The notes beneath the pieces were generated by a model that searched no databases, was not told where the DNA came from, and was given only the letters and a program-made list of their open reading frames with translations. From positions 1-53,173 of the IMG/VR virus record IMGVR_UViG_3300005077_000024: a DNA stretch of 53,173 nt; one strand, written 5' to 3'. This document shows, piece after piece, positions 42,885 to 51,798 of this stretch (position 1 is its first letter; every line of letters starts with the position of its first letter). A program made the position numbers and the translations under genes. Source of the stretch: a virus (lineage: Duplodnaviria > Caudoviricetes).

Positions 42885-45115
42885 TCCAGTCCTAGGCTTT
42901 GGGCCCTTAAGATATCTATTCCATAGTATCTACCTCCTTCTATCGTCTTAGGAGCCCTGAGGTATACCCCAACGCGCTCCTCCACCTGTGGAAGCAGCAT
43001 GTCTCTGTCTGGGATCTCCGGCACGAACCGCCGGATCCAGTGGAGGACACTTGTAAGGTTGACCCACAGAACCTTTTCTTGCTCATCCCACACGCAGGCA
43101 GTGAGAGCCCAGTGCTGCTCCTGCCGATACATGTGAGCCATGAGTTCCGCGAGCCTCTCCACGGGAGTAACCACACCAAGCCCAGGCGCGAACGAGTTAA
43201 GCATGGAGTCATAGATAGCATCCGCGTCTGGCTCAGCAAGCCCAGGTACGAACTCCTGGAGTGCAAGTAGTCCCAGATAGGCTACCGATGCAGCATGGTA
43301 CAGTCTGGAGTACGGCAGTCTACCCCGGAACGCTTGCTCTCCCCTAGCCAGCCACTCTCCCACTCTACTGCCTGCAGTCAGAGTCCAGCTGAGGTACTCA
43401 TGTGCGAACTTTGGGAACTCCTCTAAGCGTTTGGACACTTCACTCATAGCCCGGTTGAAGGGTGTACCTTCTAGGACATCTGTCTGTGACAGACGCACAC
43501 TTAGAGTACGCTCCCGCATAGCACTGTCCGCGAAGAGGGCCTCACCGTCTACTGCTACGGGGGCCCCCAACTCGAACCGTACTACACTCAGATCAGGCCG
43601 GCCGCGCTCCTCTGCACCACCATCATAGTTCAGGCGCAGTACCATCTGAACGTCGCCGGCGCTAGGCAGACTCATACGGAACTCTCCTATCCACACAGGC
43701 ACCGAGTTGCTAGATGCCAGTGCGGATAGAAGAGCAAACCGTGTCACGTCTGCTCCTACCGGTGGGGTGACTTGACCCACCAGTGGGAGCAGCATACGCA
43801 ACAAAGTTGTCTTGCCACTACCACGCAGTCCGTATGCAAGAAGCACTGGGTATCTAACACCGTAGGACTCTATCAAGGTCTTGAACGGTGTAGCCAACAC
43901 CCACCCCAGACACGGGGAGATCACCGAAGGCTTGTTGAGTCTTAGAAGGAGTTCCGTCAGACTGTACTTATCGTACTCCCCAGGCTCCAGCCTCAGGCTC
44001 AGGTTGTACCCCTGCTGAGGACTCCAGAACACAGAGTCCACAGCACCCAGAGCTTCCTCCCGCCCGTATACAAAAACCGGTCCCGTGCCCAGGTCGTACC
44101 TTCCAGCCTGGCGCACGAGTACGGTTTTGTGGGCAGGGCACTGTTCTACTAGATCTATCCACAAGTCAGTAGCCATCCGGTCGCTAGCTGCCCAGGTCCT
44201 AGACTTCAGTCCCCACTTGTCCATCAGGTGGTTGACCGACCGCTTAGACTCGAAGTCTTGTTGCGTAGCCATTATCTCAGCTTCTCCATCGGACCACCAG
44301 ACCTTCAGAAGGAGACCTTCATCCTTTCCTTCTGGGCTCGCTAGTCTACCTACAGGTGCAACTGCAAAGTTACTCAGCACCTTCTCGGCACGTTCGGCAC
44401 GGGCCGTTTTTGTTTGGACCTTCTCCGCGGCTTTGGCTACCGTTCGGACTGCATAGTCCTGATCTTCCTCAGCCTTACCAGACAACACAGAGAGAGCCTG
44501 GGTCACAGTCTCCTGCTGCACCCCCCACCTCAGTAAGAGGGTGGCTATTCTCCAGTCTCTCTCGGACCTGGTCTTCGTAACCTTTAGAACTGACGGATCG
44601 TAGATCTGTAGTCTGGCTATGTCATCTGGTGAGTACACCCTCTCTGGGTGGTACGCCACCAAGCGCACATCAGCGGGCGGCTTGTATTTGCTGTTGAGGC
44701 TCCCTGGCACCCTGAGGAGTCTGGTTCTCTCCCAAGTACCTTCCTCCTCACGCTGGTGTTCTGCAACTGCCTTGTTGCAGGCTTCTAGTGTGTCTGGGTC
44801 TACGAAACTATCAAGCAGCCAGTAGAAGTGAAACTTCCCAGGCCCTCCAGAAGCTACCACTATGGACGGTGGGATCAGGCTGACAGGCACGCCTTTACCA
44901 TCGTAGTCTAGCCAAACTACACCAGACCCTACCACACCTTTCTTGGTAGGGTCTGGCTCTGATCTCACAGCAGGTCCGAAGAACAGGTCTGTGCGGCTAG
45001 GGCAGACCGTCTCCAGCTCAGCCATCGTGATGAAGACTGCTGGCTGGAGAGGTCCCCACCTTACCAGTCCCGTGGAGGGGGCGCGCTCGAAGATGACTTT
45101 CAGGAAGTCTAGCAC
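42848..45115 (-). CDS. Primase-helicase (RepB-type primase plus DUF927-like P-loop domain)
   Basis: WLDYD, PSIVVASGG...HFYW, RLLRVPGSLNSK; Walker A GLRGSGKTT. Confidence 0.85.
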   Translation of the reverse strand: MLDFLKVIFERAPSTGLVRWGPLQPAVFITMAELETVCPSRTDLFFGPAVRSEPDPTKKGVVGSGVVWLDYDGKGVPVSLIPPSIVVASGGPGKFHFYWLLDSFVDPDTLEACNKAVAEHQREEEGTWERTRLLRVPGSLNSKYKPPADVRLVAYHPERVYSPDDIARLQIYDPSVLKVTKTRSERDWRIATLLLRWGVQQETVTQALSVLSGKAEEDQDYAVRTVAKAAEKVQTKTARAERAEKVLSNFAVAPVGRLASPEGKDEGLLLKVWWSDGEAEIMATQQDFESKRSVNHLMDKWGLKSRTWAASDRMATDLWIDLVEQCPAHKTVLVRQAGRYDLGTGPVFVYGREEALGAVDSVFWSPQQGYNLSLRLEPGEYDKYSLTELLLRLNKPSVISPCLGWVLATPFKTLIESYGVRYPVLLAYGLRGSGKTTLLRMLLPLVGQVTPPVGADVTRFALLSALASSNSVPVWIGEFRMSLPSAGDVQMVLRLNYDGGAEERGRPDLSVVRFELGAPVAVDGEALFADSAMRERTLSVRLSQTDVLEGTPFNRAMSEVSKRLEEFPKFAHEYLSWTLTAGSRVGEWLARGEQAFRGRLPYSRLYHAASVAYLGLLALQEFVPGLAEPDADAIYDSMLNSFAPGLGVVTPVERLAELMAHMYRQEQHWALTACVWDEQEKVLWVNLTSVLHWIRRFVPEIPDRDMLLPQVEERVGVYLRAPKTIEGGRYYGIDILRAQSLGLDCPIPRDRLEVY

Positions 45116-45130
45116 GCACCCTCCTCCTTA

Positions 45131-45556
45131 CTACTGGACTTTGTAGTAGTGCTGCACCTGAGCCTGCACCCCACGCCCCGGGGACTGCTGCGGGGTGATA
45201 TCGACGATGACACGGCGGCCGATGAACGCCTGAGCCGGGGTCCGGGGCGGAACACCTGCGGCCTCGAACGCCTCCTTGGTCTTGTCCATCCAGGAGCCCG
45301 AGAGCATCAGGTTGTCCCGCACGTACACTCCGGCGTAGGGCTCCGTCTCCAGGATGAGACCGAGCACCACCATGGGGTTGCCCGCCTGGCTCGTGGTCTT
45401 CTTGCTGCTAGTGATGGACGCCACGTACCGCCCCTTCACCGGGATCACGCCGACCGTGGAGAAGTCCACGTCGATCATCTGGTCGTCGGCACCCTCAGCA
45501 GCCTCAGCACCTTCCACTTCGTCTTCCATGTCCAGACCTTCTACGTACTCAGCCAC
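45131..45556 (-). CDS. Single-stranded DNA-binding protein (DUF669-like)
   Basis: VIPVKGRY, SQAGNPMVVL, V.DNL, IGRRVIV; acidic N-terminus; follows the Sak4-like gene. Confidence 0.75.
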   Translation of the reverse strand: MAEYVEGLDMEDEVEGAEAAEGADDQMIDVDFSTVGVIPVKGRYVASITSSKKTTSQAGNPMVVLGLILETEPYAGVYVRDNLMLSGSWMDKTKEAFEAAGVPPRTPAQAFIGRRVIVDITPQQSPGRGVQAQVQHYYKVQ

Positions 45557-45557
45557 T

Positions 45558-46379
45558 TCAGTTCTCCTTTTCAGATTGGTTGTTGGTCAGAGGTCCAGTA
45601 ATCAAGTCGAACAGTTTAGTTGCAGTAGGCTCGATCATTTCCTTCCCCAGGTTCTGGGACACCTGGTTCTTGGCGGCAAAGCGCCCGGTTGTCTCCCAGT
45701 ACAACACACTAACGATCTTCCGTCCAGTCGGATCCTCCACATCGGAGGTCGGTCCGGTGGGCCCTATTGCCCTCCGGACCATACGCCCTACTATCTCCGC
45801 AAGGCTGGGTGCCTGGCCCACGGCCTTGCCTTGCAGGAACGGACCGATGGTGGTGATGTTCGCCTTGTCGGTCTCCTGGTTCTCCTGCAGGTTGATCACA
45901 CAGTGGACTGGCAGGGTGTAGTACAGACTCACAATGTTCATCATCACGGTGAGTGACTGCCCCCACTGTGGCAGGGACAACTTCCAGTCTGAGGTCGGGA
46001 GCACAGCTTCCATGGACACACCAGCGAAGCCCGCATTGAGTCTGCGCTGAACCTCACTCAGGTGGTCGATCCCAACGGACTTGAAGACCAGACCGTCAGG
46101 GATGCCAACGGTCCTTCGGATGGGATGGTCCTTCGGCTGACCTGCCTTGAGGTACAGCCAGAAGTCATCCAGGTCCTGGCCGGTCTCGATGCGCACCACG
46201 AATGGCTCCGGCTTGTCGTCCAGGATGCTGATGGGATTGCCACCGCAGTTCAGTATTAGGATCGGTGCGGTGCGTGGGTCTCGGTTGAAGGAACCGAGGA
46301 ACCTAGTCTTGCCGGTCCCTCCCTGCCCGTAGACCATCGCCTTCAGGGTCCATCTTTCTTTCGTCTCTCTTACAGCCAT
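45558..46379 (-). CDS. AAA_24 / Sak4-like ATPase
   Basis: VYGQGGTGKT, SVGIDHLSE, WG, AKN motifs. Confidence 0.85.
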   Translation of the reverse strand: MAVRETKERWTLKAMVYGQGGTGKTRFLGSFNRDPRTAPILILNCGGNPISILDDKPEPFVVRIETGQDLDDFWLYLKAGQPKDHPIRRTVGIPDGLVFKSVGIDHLSEVQRRLNAGFAGVSMEAVLPTSDWKLSLPQWGQSLTVMMNIVSLYYTLPVHCVINLQENQETDKANITTIGPFLQGKAVGQAPSLAEIVGRMVRRAIGPTGPTSDVEDPTGRKIVSVLYWETTGRFAAKNQVSQNLGKEMIEPTATKLFDLITGPLTNNQSEKEN

Positions 46380-46545
46380 TGATCGCGCTCCTTAACTCCT
46401 CAATGCGGACGGCCATCTGGCTGCACCAGGCGAGTACCATGCTCTGCCACTCCAGCCCCTGACCGCTCTTAGGGACCTTCAGCAGACCTTCCAGAGTCTG
46501 CATCGCCCGGCGCAACTCACTAATCGCTATCCTCAGTTCGCTCAT
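46303..46545 (-). CDS. Hypothetical protein
   Basis: ATG 46545 with GAGG; helical. Confidence 0.5.
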   Translation of the reverse strand: MSELRIAISELRRAMQTLEGLLKVPKSGQGLEWQSMVLAWCSQMAVRIEELRSAINGCKRDERKMDPEGDGLRAGRDRQD

Positions 46546-47596
46546 GGTACCTCGCAGCCACGAAGTCCTGGTCAAGCTGGGCCTGCCAGTCTCCACCCAG
46601 GTCCATCAAGTAGCACACCTGCCTGGCCACACAGTAGGGGCACTTGAACCTGTTCTTGTGTGGGGTAGGTACCACACCCAACTCCATGTTGTCCACGGTT
46701 ATCTGCATGGCGTCTGCCTCCTCCCGCACAGTCCGGCAGGCAGCGGCTACCATAGCCGGTGGGGGAAGAAACGGATACCTCTCCACTACAGGCGGAGCAT
46801 TGAACTGGAGATACTCAATAGGATCCTGGTAGTCCGCCCAGACCTGAGCCTTCCTCTCTGGGGTGGCTCCCTCCAGACAACTCTCAATCGCCGCCGTGTA
46901 CTGGTCCACGGTGCATGTGACTGCAGTTTTGCCTGAGGAGCGCACGGCCTTGCTAGGCAGTCCGTTCTGCAAGATGGGGATGTTCACGTTCATCTTGCGG
47001 AGGAAGGTGTACAGTACACCTACCACGTCCGTGTGAAGCTGCTGGGCTGCCCAGAGGTACATCAGAGGCTGGAAGTCATAGTAGATGCCAGCCTTAGTCC
47101 GCTCTAGGCTCTGGCAGGTCTTGTTCTCCAGCACAAAAACCTGGCCCGTGTCCCGGCGGCGGACCAGACCGTCCCACCTGCCCGCAAACTGGAACCCATC
47201 TAAGTGCACATCGAACTCCAACTCAGTGTCGAGGAACTGCAGGTTGTAGTCCGCCCACTCACCAGGCTTCTGCTGCCACTCCACGTAGTTGCGCAGCATG
47301 GAGTAGCCTACCGACGCCTGGTCGAAGAGTTTGGTCTCCTCCTCCTCCCAGAGCGTCCCGTCAGCCGATGCCTTCTTGAGGTCCTCGAACTCCCTCCGTA
47401 CCAGGGAGATCCAAGCATCACTCAGGTCCACACCCTTGTAGTAGTGGAGGTCGAACGCTGCATGGATAAGCCTCCCTAACTGGAGGGCCGCCTCGGGGGA
47501 CCGAGGTTCTTTCTTCAGGTATGACAGAAGGTACCACTTGCGTGGGCAGGTCTGGTGGCCTTCTACCTGGGTGGCATGGATGGCTACTCTATCCAT
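46520..47596 (-). CDS. Cas4/RecB-like PD-(D/E)xK exonuclease
   Basis: CPRKW, GRLIH, E...GRWDG...LENKT, Q...Y, C-x2-C-x5-C C-terminal cluster. Confidence 0.88.
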   Translation of the reverse strand: MDRVAIHATQVEGHQTCPRKWYLLSYLKKEPRSPEAALQLGRLIHAAFDLHYYKGVDLSDAWISLVRREFEDLKKASADGTLWEEEETKLFDQASVGYSMLRNYVEWQQKPGEWADYNLQFLDTELEFDVHLDGFQFAGRWDGLVRRRDTGQVFVLENKTCQSLERTKAGIYYDFQPLMYLWAAQQLHTDVVGVLYTFLRKMNVNIPILQNGLPSKAVRSSGKTAVTCTVDQYTAAIESCLEGATPERKAQVWADYQDPIEYLQFNAPPVVERYPFLPPPAMVAAACRTVREEADAMQITVDNMELGVVPTPHKNRFKCPYCVARQVCYLMDLGGDWQAQLDQDFVAARYHERTEDSD

Positions 47597-48249
47597 GAGT
47601 AGTACTCCTTCCGCGGCCTGGGGTCCTTCATCCAGGACACGTCCGGCTCAGGCAGGGTGAGGCACTCCTTGACAGTCAGCCACTGGTTCACCAGCATGAC
47701 CTGCGGTCGGCCGCTCTTGGATGTCCACCGGAACAGTTCTGCTTCTTGCACTCTGAGTGCGACTGCAAGCGTCCCCTCAACGTCTCCAGCCACGTACTCC
47801 AGCACCTTCTCTGGGTCGCTCAACCACATGGCCGGCGCTTCGTCGCCCTTCATACCCTTCTTGCCAGGGAGCCCCTGCCCGGCGAGTGCTGCTGCCAGAC
47901 CGACAGGGTACCCTTTGACACAGGCGATCTGGAACATCATGTCTACGTGCTGGCCCATGGCCAACTGCCCGCACCGCTCTTCTTCCTGGGACTGCTCTGC
48001 CAGGATACGGAAGTCGAACCCCAGCCCGTTCCAGGTCAGCAAGGTGTATCCCTTACTCACCTGGTCTTCCAGGTAGGCTACCAAGGACTTGCAGTCCGAT
48101 GTGAACATCCTCGGAGCATAGTCTGGAGCACTCCCTGAGAACCAGAGCACCGGCTCAGGGTCCTTCTCTCGGAGTGTAGCCGCACAGGTGATGTCGTTCA
48201 CACCCGCCTGCAGGCTTGCCAGTTCGAGGTCGAACGCCAGGTACTTCAT
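47584..48249 (-). CDS. DEDD (RNase H-like) 3'-5' exonuclease
   Basis: AFDLE, TWNGLGFDF, HVDMM, YVAGDV. Confidence 0.85.
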   Translation of the reverse strand: MKYLAFDLELASLQAGVNDITCAATLREKDPEPVLWFSGSAPDYAPRMFTSDCKSLVAYLEDQVSKGYTLLTWNGLGFDFRILAEQSQEEERCGQLAMGQHVDMMFQIACVKGYPVGLAAALAGQGLPGKKGMKGDEAPAMWLSDPEKVLEYVAGDVEGTLAVALRVQEAELFRWTSKSGRPQVMLVNQWLTVKECLTLPEPDVSWMKDPRPRKEYYSWIE

Positions 48250-48347
48250 TGTGGTGCCCCCAACAGAGCGAGCGCTACGATGAAGATACCCACCGCGATG
48301 ATCGCCAGCACCGCAGTCACGTTGTCCGCGTTGTCCCACTCGTTCAT
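48246..48347 (-). CDS. Small membrane protein (33 aa)
   Basis: GAGGAGG RBS; single TM; ATGA coupling. Confidence 0.5.
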   Translation of the reverse strand: MNEWDNADNVTAVLAIIAVGIFIVALALLGAPQ

Positions 48348-48427
48348 TGTCCCCTCCTCATAACCAGCAGAACTCCCAGGCAGAAGAATGCCAAGGCTGC
48401 TGTGAATGCGTACTCTCCAGGTGTCAT
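48344..48427 (-). CDS. Small membrane protein (27 aa)
   Basis: MTPGEYAFTAALAFFCLGVLLVMRRGQ; ATGA-coupled at both ends. Confidence 0.45.
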   Translation of the reverse strand: MTPGEYAFTAALAFFCLGVLLVMRRGQ

Positions 48428-48699
48428 GCGAACTCCGCCTCTCCAAACCCGAGGGTGTCGTCGTCTTCGTCGTCCTCCTCACCCCAGGTCTGCACGACCA
48501 CACCGTCACCATCGTCCTCATCCAGGATGTCACCTTCGGACCAGAAGCTCTCCGCATCGGTCTCATCGGTTGCGTCCAGATACTCCCGGTACAGTTCAAC
48601 CAGTGGACGCAGCTCATCTGGCTTGAGGGTCACTGCAGTGCCGGCCTCTTCAGCGAGGGCCAGGGCTTTCTCAATCTTGCTCAAGGTCTCTTCGTTCAT
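48424..48699 (-). CDS. Highly acidic small protein
   Basis: 31 Asp/Glu versus 5 Lys/Arg in 91 aa by hand count; GGAGGAG RBS. Confidence 0.75.
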   Translation of the reverse strand: MNEETLSKIEKALALAEEAGTAVTLKPDELRPLVELYREYLDATDETDAESFWSEGDILDEDDGDGVVVQTWGEEDDEDDDTLGFGEAEFA

Positions 48700-48952
48700 T
48701 GCTCCTCCAGGTTACGTCTTGAACAGGGAACCGGTCCCCAGGTAGGATGTCCTCAAAAGACTCATCGTGGAACACGAGGGACGCAGTCCCTTCCACACCG
48801 TCGAAGTACGAGAACACGAACTCTGCGGTGTCTGGGAGCCCTTCGACGCACTCGACGTCTAGGGTAGCCCCCTTAGTGAACAGGCTGGGCAGCAAGACCC
48901 GGCTCAGCTTCACCACACGCAGTCTAGCCACGGCCCGGAACCTCCGCCCCAC
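48671..48952 (-). CDS. Hypothetical protein
   Basis: 93-aa ORF in the operon. Confidence 0.55.
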   Translation of the reverse strand: MGRRFRAVARLRVVKLSRVLLPSLFTKGATLDVECVEGLPDTAEFVFSYFDGVEGTASLVFHDESFEDILPGDRFPVQDVTWRSNERRDLEQD

Positions 48953-48981
48953 AGTCCAGGCAGATCCCGTCCCTCACCCGC

Positions 48982-49173
48982 TTATGCTGGCACCCTCTCT
49001 TGCTGGTCTTCTCTGCCATTGCTCGCCGCCTCCTCGGCTTCTTTCAACGTACCTGCCCAACCACAGTGGTGGCAGGAGCACTCGATCTCCCCATGCAGCA
49101 CATACCCTCCGAGTTGGATGACCGTCACGTCCGACGCACCGCACCGGGGACACTTCCTTGGTCTTCCTTTCAT
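48982..49173 (-). CDS. Zinc-ribbon protein
   Basis: CPRCG ... CHHCG; GAGG RBS before ATG 49173. Confidence 0.65.
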   Translation of the reverse strand: MKGRPRKCPRCGASDVTVIQLGGYVLHGEIECSCHHCGWAGTLKEAEEAASNGREDQQERVPA

Positions 49174-49183
49174 ACCTCTCTCC

Positions 49184-49477
49184 TTAGTAATAGATATCGT
49201 ACCGCTCAACTGTGGGGGTGTAGTCCTTGGAGCAGATATGCCCACGGGTCTCGGTGCCACACTCAGGGCATATCCGGCCCATGGACTCTCTCATCAGAGC
49301 CTCACGGCCCACGTAACGCTCGTGCTCTCCGGACTTGTAGTCGTCGAAGAGGAACCGCCCGTGGTCGTGGTCTTCAAGGTCTGCATCCCCACCTTCCTGC
49401 TTCTCCCCTAGTATCTTGACCAGACATACTAGGGACATCAACATCATGAAACCTATTGCGTAGATCATAGGGTCCAT
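49184..49477 (-). CDS. Membrane-anchored small protein with CxxC
   Basis: AAGGAGGAGG RBS before ATG 49477; N-terminal TM; CPECG...HIC. Confidence 0.65.
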   Translation of the reverse strand: MDPMIYAIGFMMLMSLVCLVKILGEKQEGGDADLEDHDHGRFLFDDYKSGEHERYVGREALMRESMGRICPECGTETRGHICSKDYTPTVERYDIYY

Positions 49478-49493
49478 AGTTACCTCCTCCTTG

Positions 49494-49569
49494 TGCCAGC
49501 GGCGGGACTCGAACACCTGCTCCTCGGAAGGTCTTTCCGCGTTCTATGCCTGGTCTAGACTACGCTGGC
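49494..49569 (-). ncRNA. Non-canonical tRNA-like element
   Basis: Acceptor GCCAGCG/CGCTGGC plus A, U8-A9, D-arm with GG, stem CGGAA/TTCCG with only a 5-nt loop (AGACC), GTTCGAGTCCC T-arm with an enlarged loop; no encoded CCA. Confidence 0.7.
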
Positions 49570-49575
49570 CTGTGC

Positions 49576-49672
49576 GGGGGGCCCCTAAGGACCCCCCTAA
49601 CCACCCCGCCGCTCTTGTCGCACGGGGCAGTTTTTGTTACAGCGAGAGGGCCGCTCCGGCCTCAGCCCTCTC
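49576..49672 (-). ncRNA. Three consecutive GC-rich hairpins 5' of the tRNA-like element
   Basis: GAGAGGGCTG/CGGCCCTCTC, CTGCCCCGT/GCGGGGTGG and GGGGGGTCC-TTAG-GGGCCCCCC; G-U pairs form only on the - strand. Confidence 0.6.
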
Positions 49673-49785
49673 TTATTAACTTGTTGCGTCGTATGTGCAG
49701 GTCACTCCATTCTGGGTTTCCGCAACGGTCCACACACGGGTCCAGTTGAATGGTTAGGGTGCCGGAGAAACCACACCTTTGGGGG

Positions 49786-50145
49786 CTAGTTGAGGGAGGC
49801 CTCTGAGGCCTTTGAGGCATCCAAGGCGTCGGTGAGGCGCTCCACTAGGACCTCGAAAGCCTTCTGAGCCGCGGCCTCGATTTCTTTCTCGTCGTGCCGG
49901 GTCACCAGGCCGCACATCGGGCATGACCTCCACAACTCGTGCTCGTGGTCCACGTCCTGGTTGAAGTTGGCGGTGTCCGCGTTCCGGTACACACACATCC
50001 CGAGCTGTGTAGTCACAGCCCCGCACGCGGTGCAAGGCCTGGAGTTCTCTGAGTATATAGCGCAGGTGTACACGTCGGTCGTGTCGTCTTCCTTCCGGAC
50101 TACCAGGTACGAACCACTGCTGAGACTTAGCAAACCCTTCTTCAT
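49786..50145 (-). CDS. Zinc-binding hypothetical protein
   Basis: CTACG ... CPMCG; ATG 50145 coupled to the helicase stop. Confidence 0.65.
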   Translation of the reverse strand: MKKGLLSLSSGSYLVVRKEDDTTDVYTCAIYSENSRPCTACGAVTTQLGMCVYRNADTANFNQDVDHEHELWRSCPMCGLVTRHDEKEIEAAAQKAFEVLVERLTDALDASKASEASLN

Positions 50146-51383
50146 CGTTCCTTCCTCCTGATGTAGTTCATAATCATTTGAGCTTCTTCCAGTTTGCGTG
50201 CGACTGTGTCTTCTACGTCTTGGTCTACTGTTTCTTCTACCATCAGTCGGTGTACTACTACTGGCTGTGTCTGTCCCTGGCGGTACACACGCCCGACCGC
50301 TTGCTCGTAGGTCTGTCGGCTGTAGCACATGTCCCACATAATCAAGTGGGACCAGGTCTGCAAGTTGTGTCCTTCAGCCAGACTACCATACGTACCTACC
50401 AAAAAGTCTGTGCGCCGTGCCTTCCGCAACTGAGACTCTATGGTAGCCGCGGTGTTGATGTACCGGGTCATGATGACTGCAGGGGGACCTCCGCTTTCGA
50501 GGTAGTCTGTAAACCACTCCAACTTGGTATTACTAGACACCCCAAAGCAAGAAGGGTCACTGGCTACTTGGTGCAGCCGAGTGAACCGTGCGAGTGCTGA
50601 TGGTATAGCGATGATGGTATCCTCTGCAATCTCGACCAGGAACTGCTTCTCCATCTTTTCGTAGAGAGCACCTTGCTGAGTACCAGACTCCAGCCAGACG
50701 TCTTCTACTGTAAGAGGGGGCAGCTCCATCCCTACAGCCTGCCGAGTACGGGATAGTAGATAGGGTGCAACCTCCTTCCTTAGCCTGTTTAAGTTCCTGG
50801 GCTCCCCGGTCTTCCGGTGGCCGTACCGGTCTACCTCTACCATGGTGTACTCATCCACGAACTTCCACCGGCTAGTAAAGGCAACTGGAGCCACCCAGTT
50901 AAGGAGGCCCCAGAGGTCTACTGGCTTGTCTGCGATAGGTGAGGCGGTCAAGCCCCACTTGTACCGTGACCGCAGATGCTTGATGGTATTAGTGCGCTGT
51001 GCTTGTGGGTTCTTTATCTTGTGGCACTCGTCTAGAATTATAACATCCCAGACCTGCTCTCGCATCCAGGTGAGTGCCGCGTCCCTTCTCTCTATGAACT
51101 GCTCGTAGTGGGCCATCACCCACGTCTGCCCGGTCTCTGTGAGGACTATAGTGAGAGCACCGGACTCATGCTCGTCTTCTATCCCCACCCGGTCCTCAAG
51201 AGTTCTCTTCCACCACGGCTTGAGGTTCTTTGGACAGATCAGTAATACAGTACTGGCCTTGACTTCTTTCGCAGCCTCAACTGCTTGGACTGTCTTGCCT
51301 AGCCCTACCTCGTCGCACAAGAGGGCTCCCGGACGGGTCGATAGAAAACGTGCACCTACTACTTGGTACTGATGTAGGATCAC
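50142..51383 (-). CDS. SNF2-family helicase/ATPase
   Basis: DEVGLGKT, ILDECH, LTASP, EGHNLQ, QAVGRVYRQGQ. Confidence 0.92.
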   Translation of the reverse strand: MILHQYQVVGARFLSTRPGALLCDEVGLGKTVQAVEAAKEVKASTVLLICPKNLKPWWKRTLEDRVGIEDEHESGALTIVLTETGQTWVMAHYEQFIERRDAALTWMREQVWDVIILDECHKIKNPQAQRTNTIKHLRSRYKWGLTASPIADKPVDLWGLLNWVAPVAFTSRWKFVDEYTMVEVDRYGHRKTGEPRNLNRLRKEVAPYLLSRTRQAVGMELPPLTVEDVWLESGTQQGALYEKMEKQFLVEIAEDTIIAIPSALARFTRLHQVASDPSCFGVSSNTKLEWFTDYLESGGPPAVIMTRYINTAATIESQLRKARRTDFLVGTYGSLAEGHNLQTWSHLIMWDMCYSRQTYEQAVGRVYRQGQTQPVVVHRLMVEETVDQDVEDTVARKLEEAQMIMNYIRRKER

Positions 51384-51798
51384 GCAAGGCCTCCGTTACT
51401 AGGTAGTACAGCACATGGCGTGCCGCATCCACAGCGTGACGCCCACCCACCAACTTGTATCCCAGTAGGCGGGTCATCTCTGTGTTGGGGAGGACCTGCT
51501 TGATGCTAGCCGGTTGACCTACCACCTTCATTGCTTGGTCGGCTGTCCAACTGCGAAGGAACCCGATCACTTCGACCGGGATGAACCGTGAGCCTGTGAG
51601 GTTCGCTTTGGGGAACTTCACGAACGTCTCGTAGACTACGGTATGTGCTCCATCGAGCACAGCCTTCAGCATGTCCAGGTCGTCCATCCACTTGAGTTGA
51701 TGCAGTTCCCACGCCAGGGGTGGGCCACTTAGTACTGCCACTCCGATGGTCTCACCAGGGTCTACACCTACTATCGGTGGGTCAACTGGGACTAACAT
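51277..51798 (-). CDS. RuvC-like Holliday junction resolvase
   Basis: VGVDPGETIGVA, VVYETF, EVIG, HAVDAARH. Confidence 0.8.
   Translation of the reverse strand: MLVPVDPPIVGVDPGETIGVAVLSGPPLAWELHQLKWMDDLDMLKAVLDGAHTVVYETFVKFPKANLTGSRFIPVEVIGFLRSWTADQAMKVVGQPASIKQVLPNTEMTRLLGYKLVGGRHAVDAARHVLYYLVTEALRDPTSVPSSRCTFSIDPSGSPLVRRGRARQDSPSS

Noticed and set aside
49494-49569. Functional tRNA-Val(GAC) or an attP site
   Set aside because: A 7-nt loop would need a 4-bp stem and lacks U33 and purine 37; no integrase found
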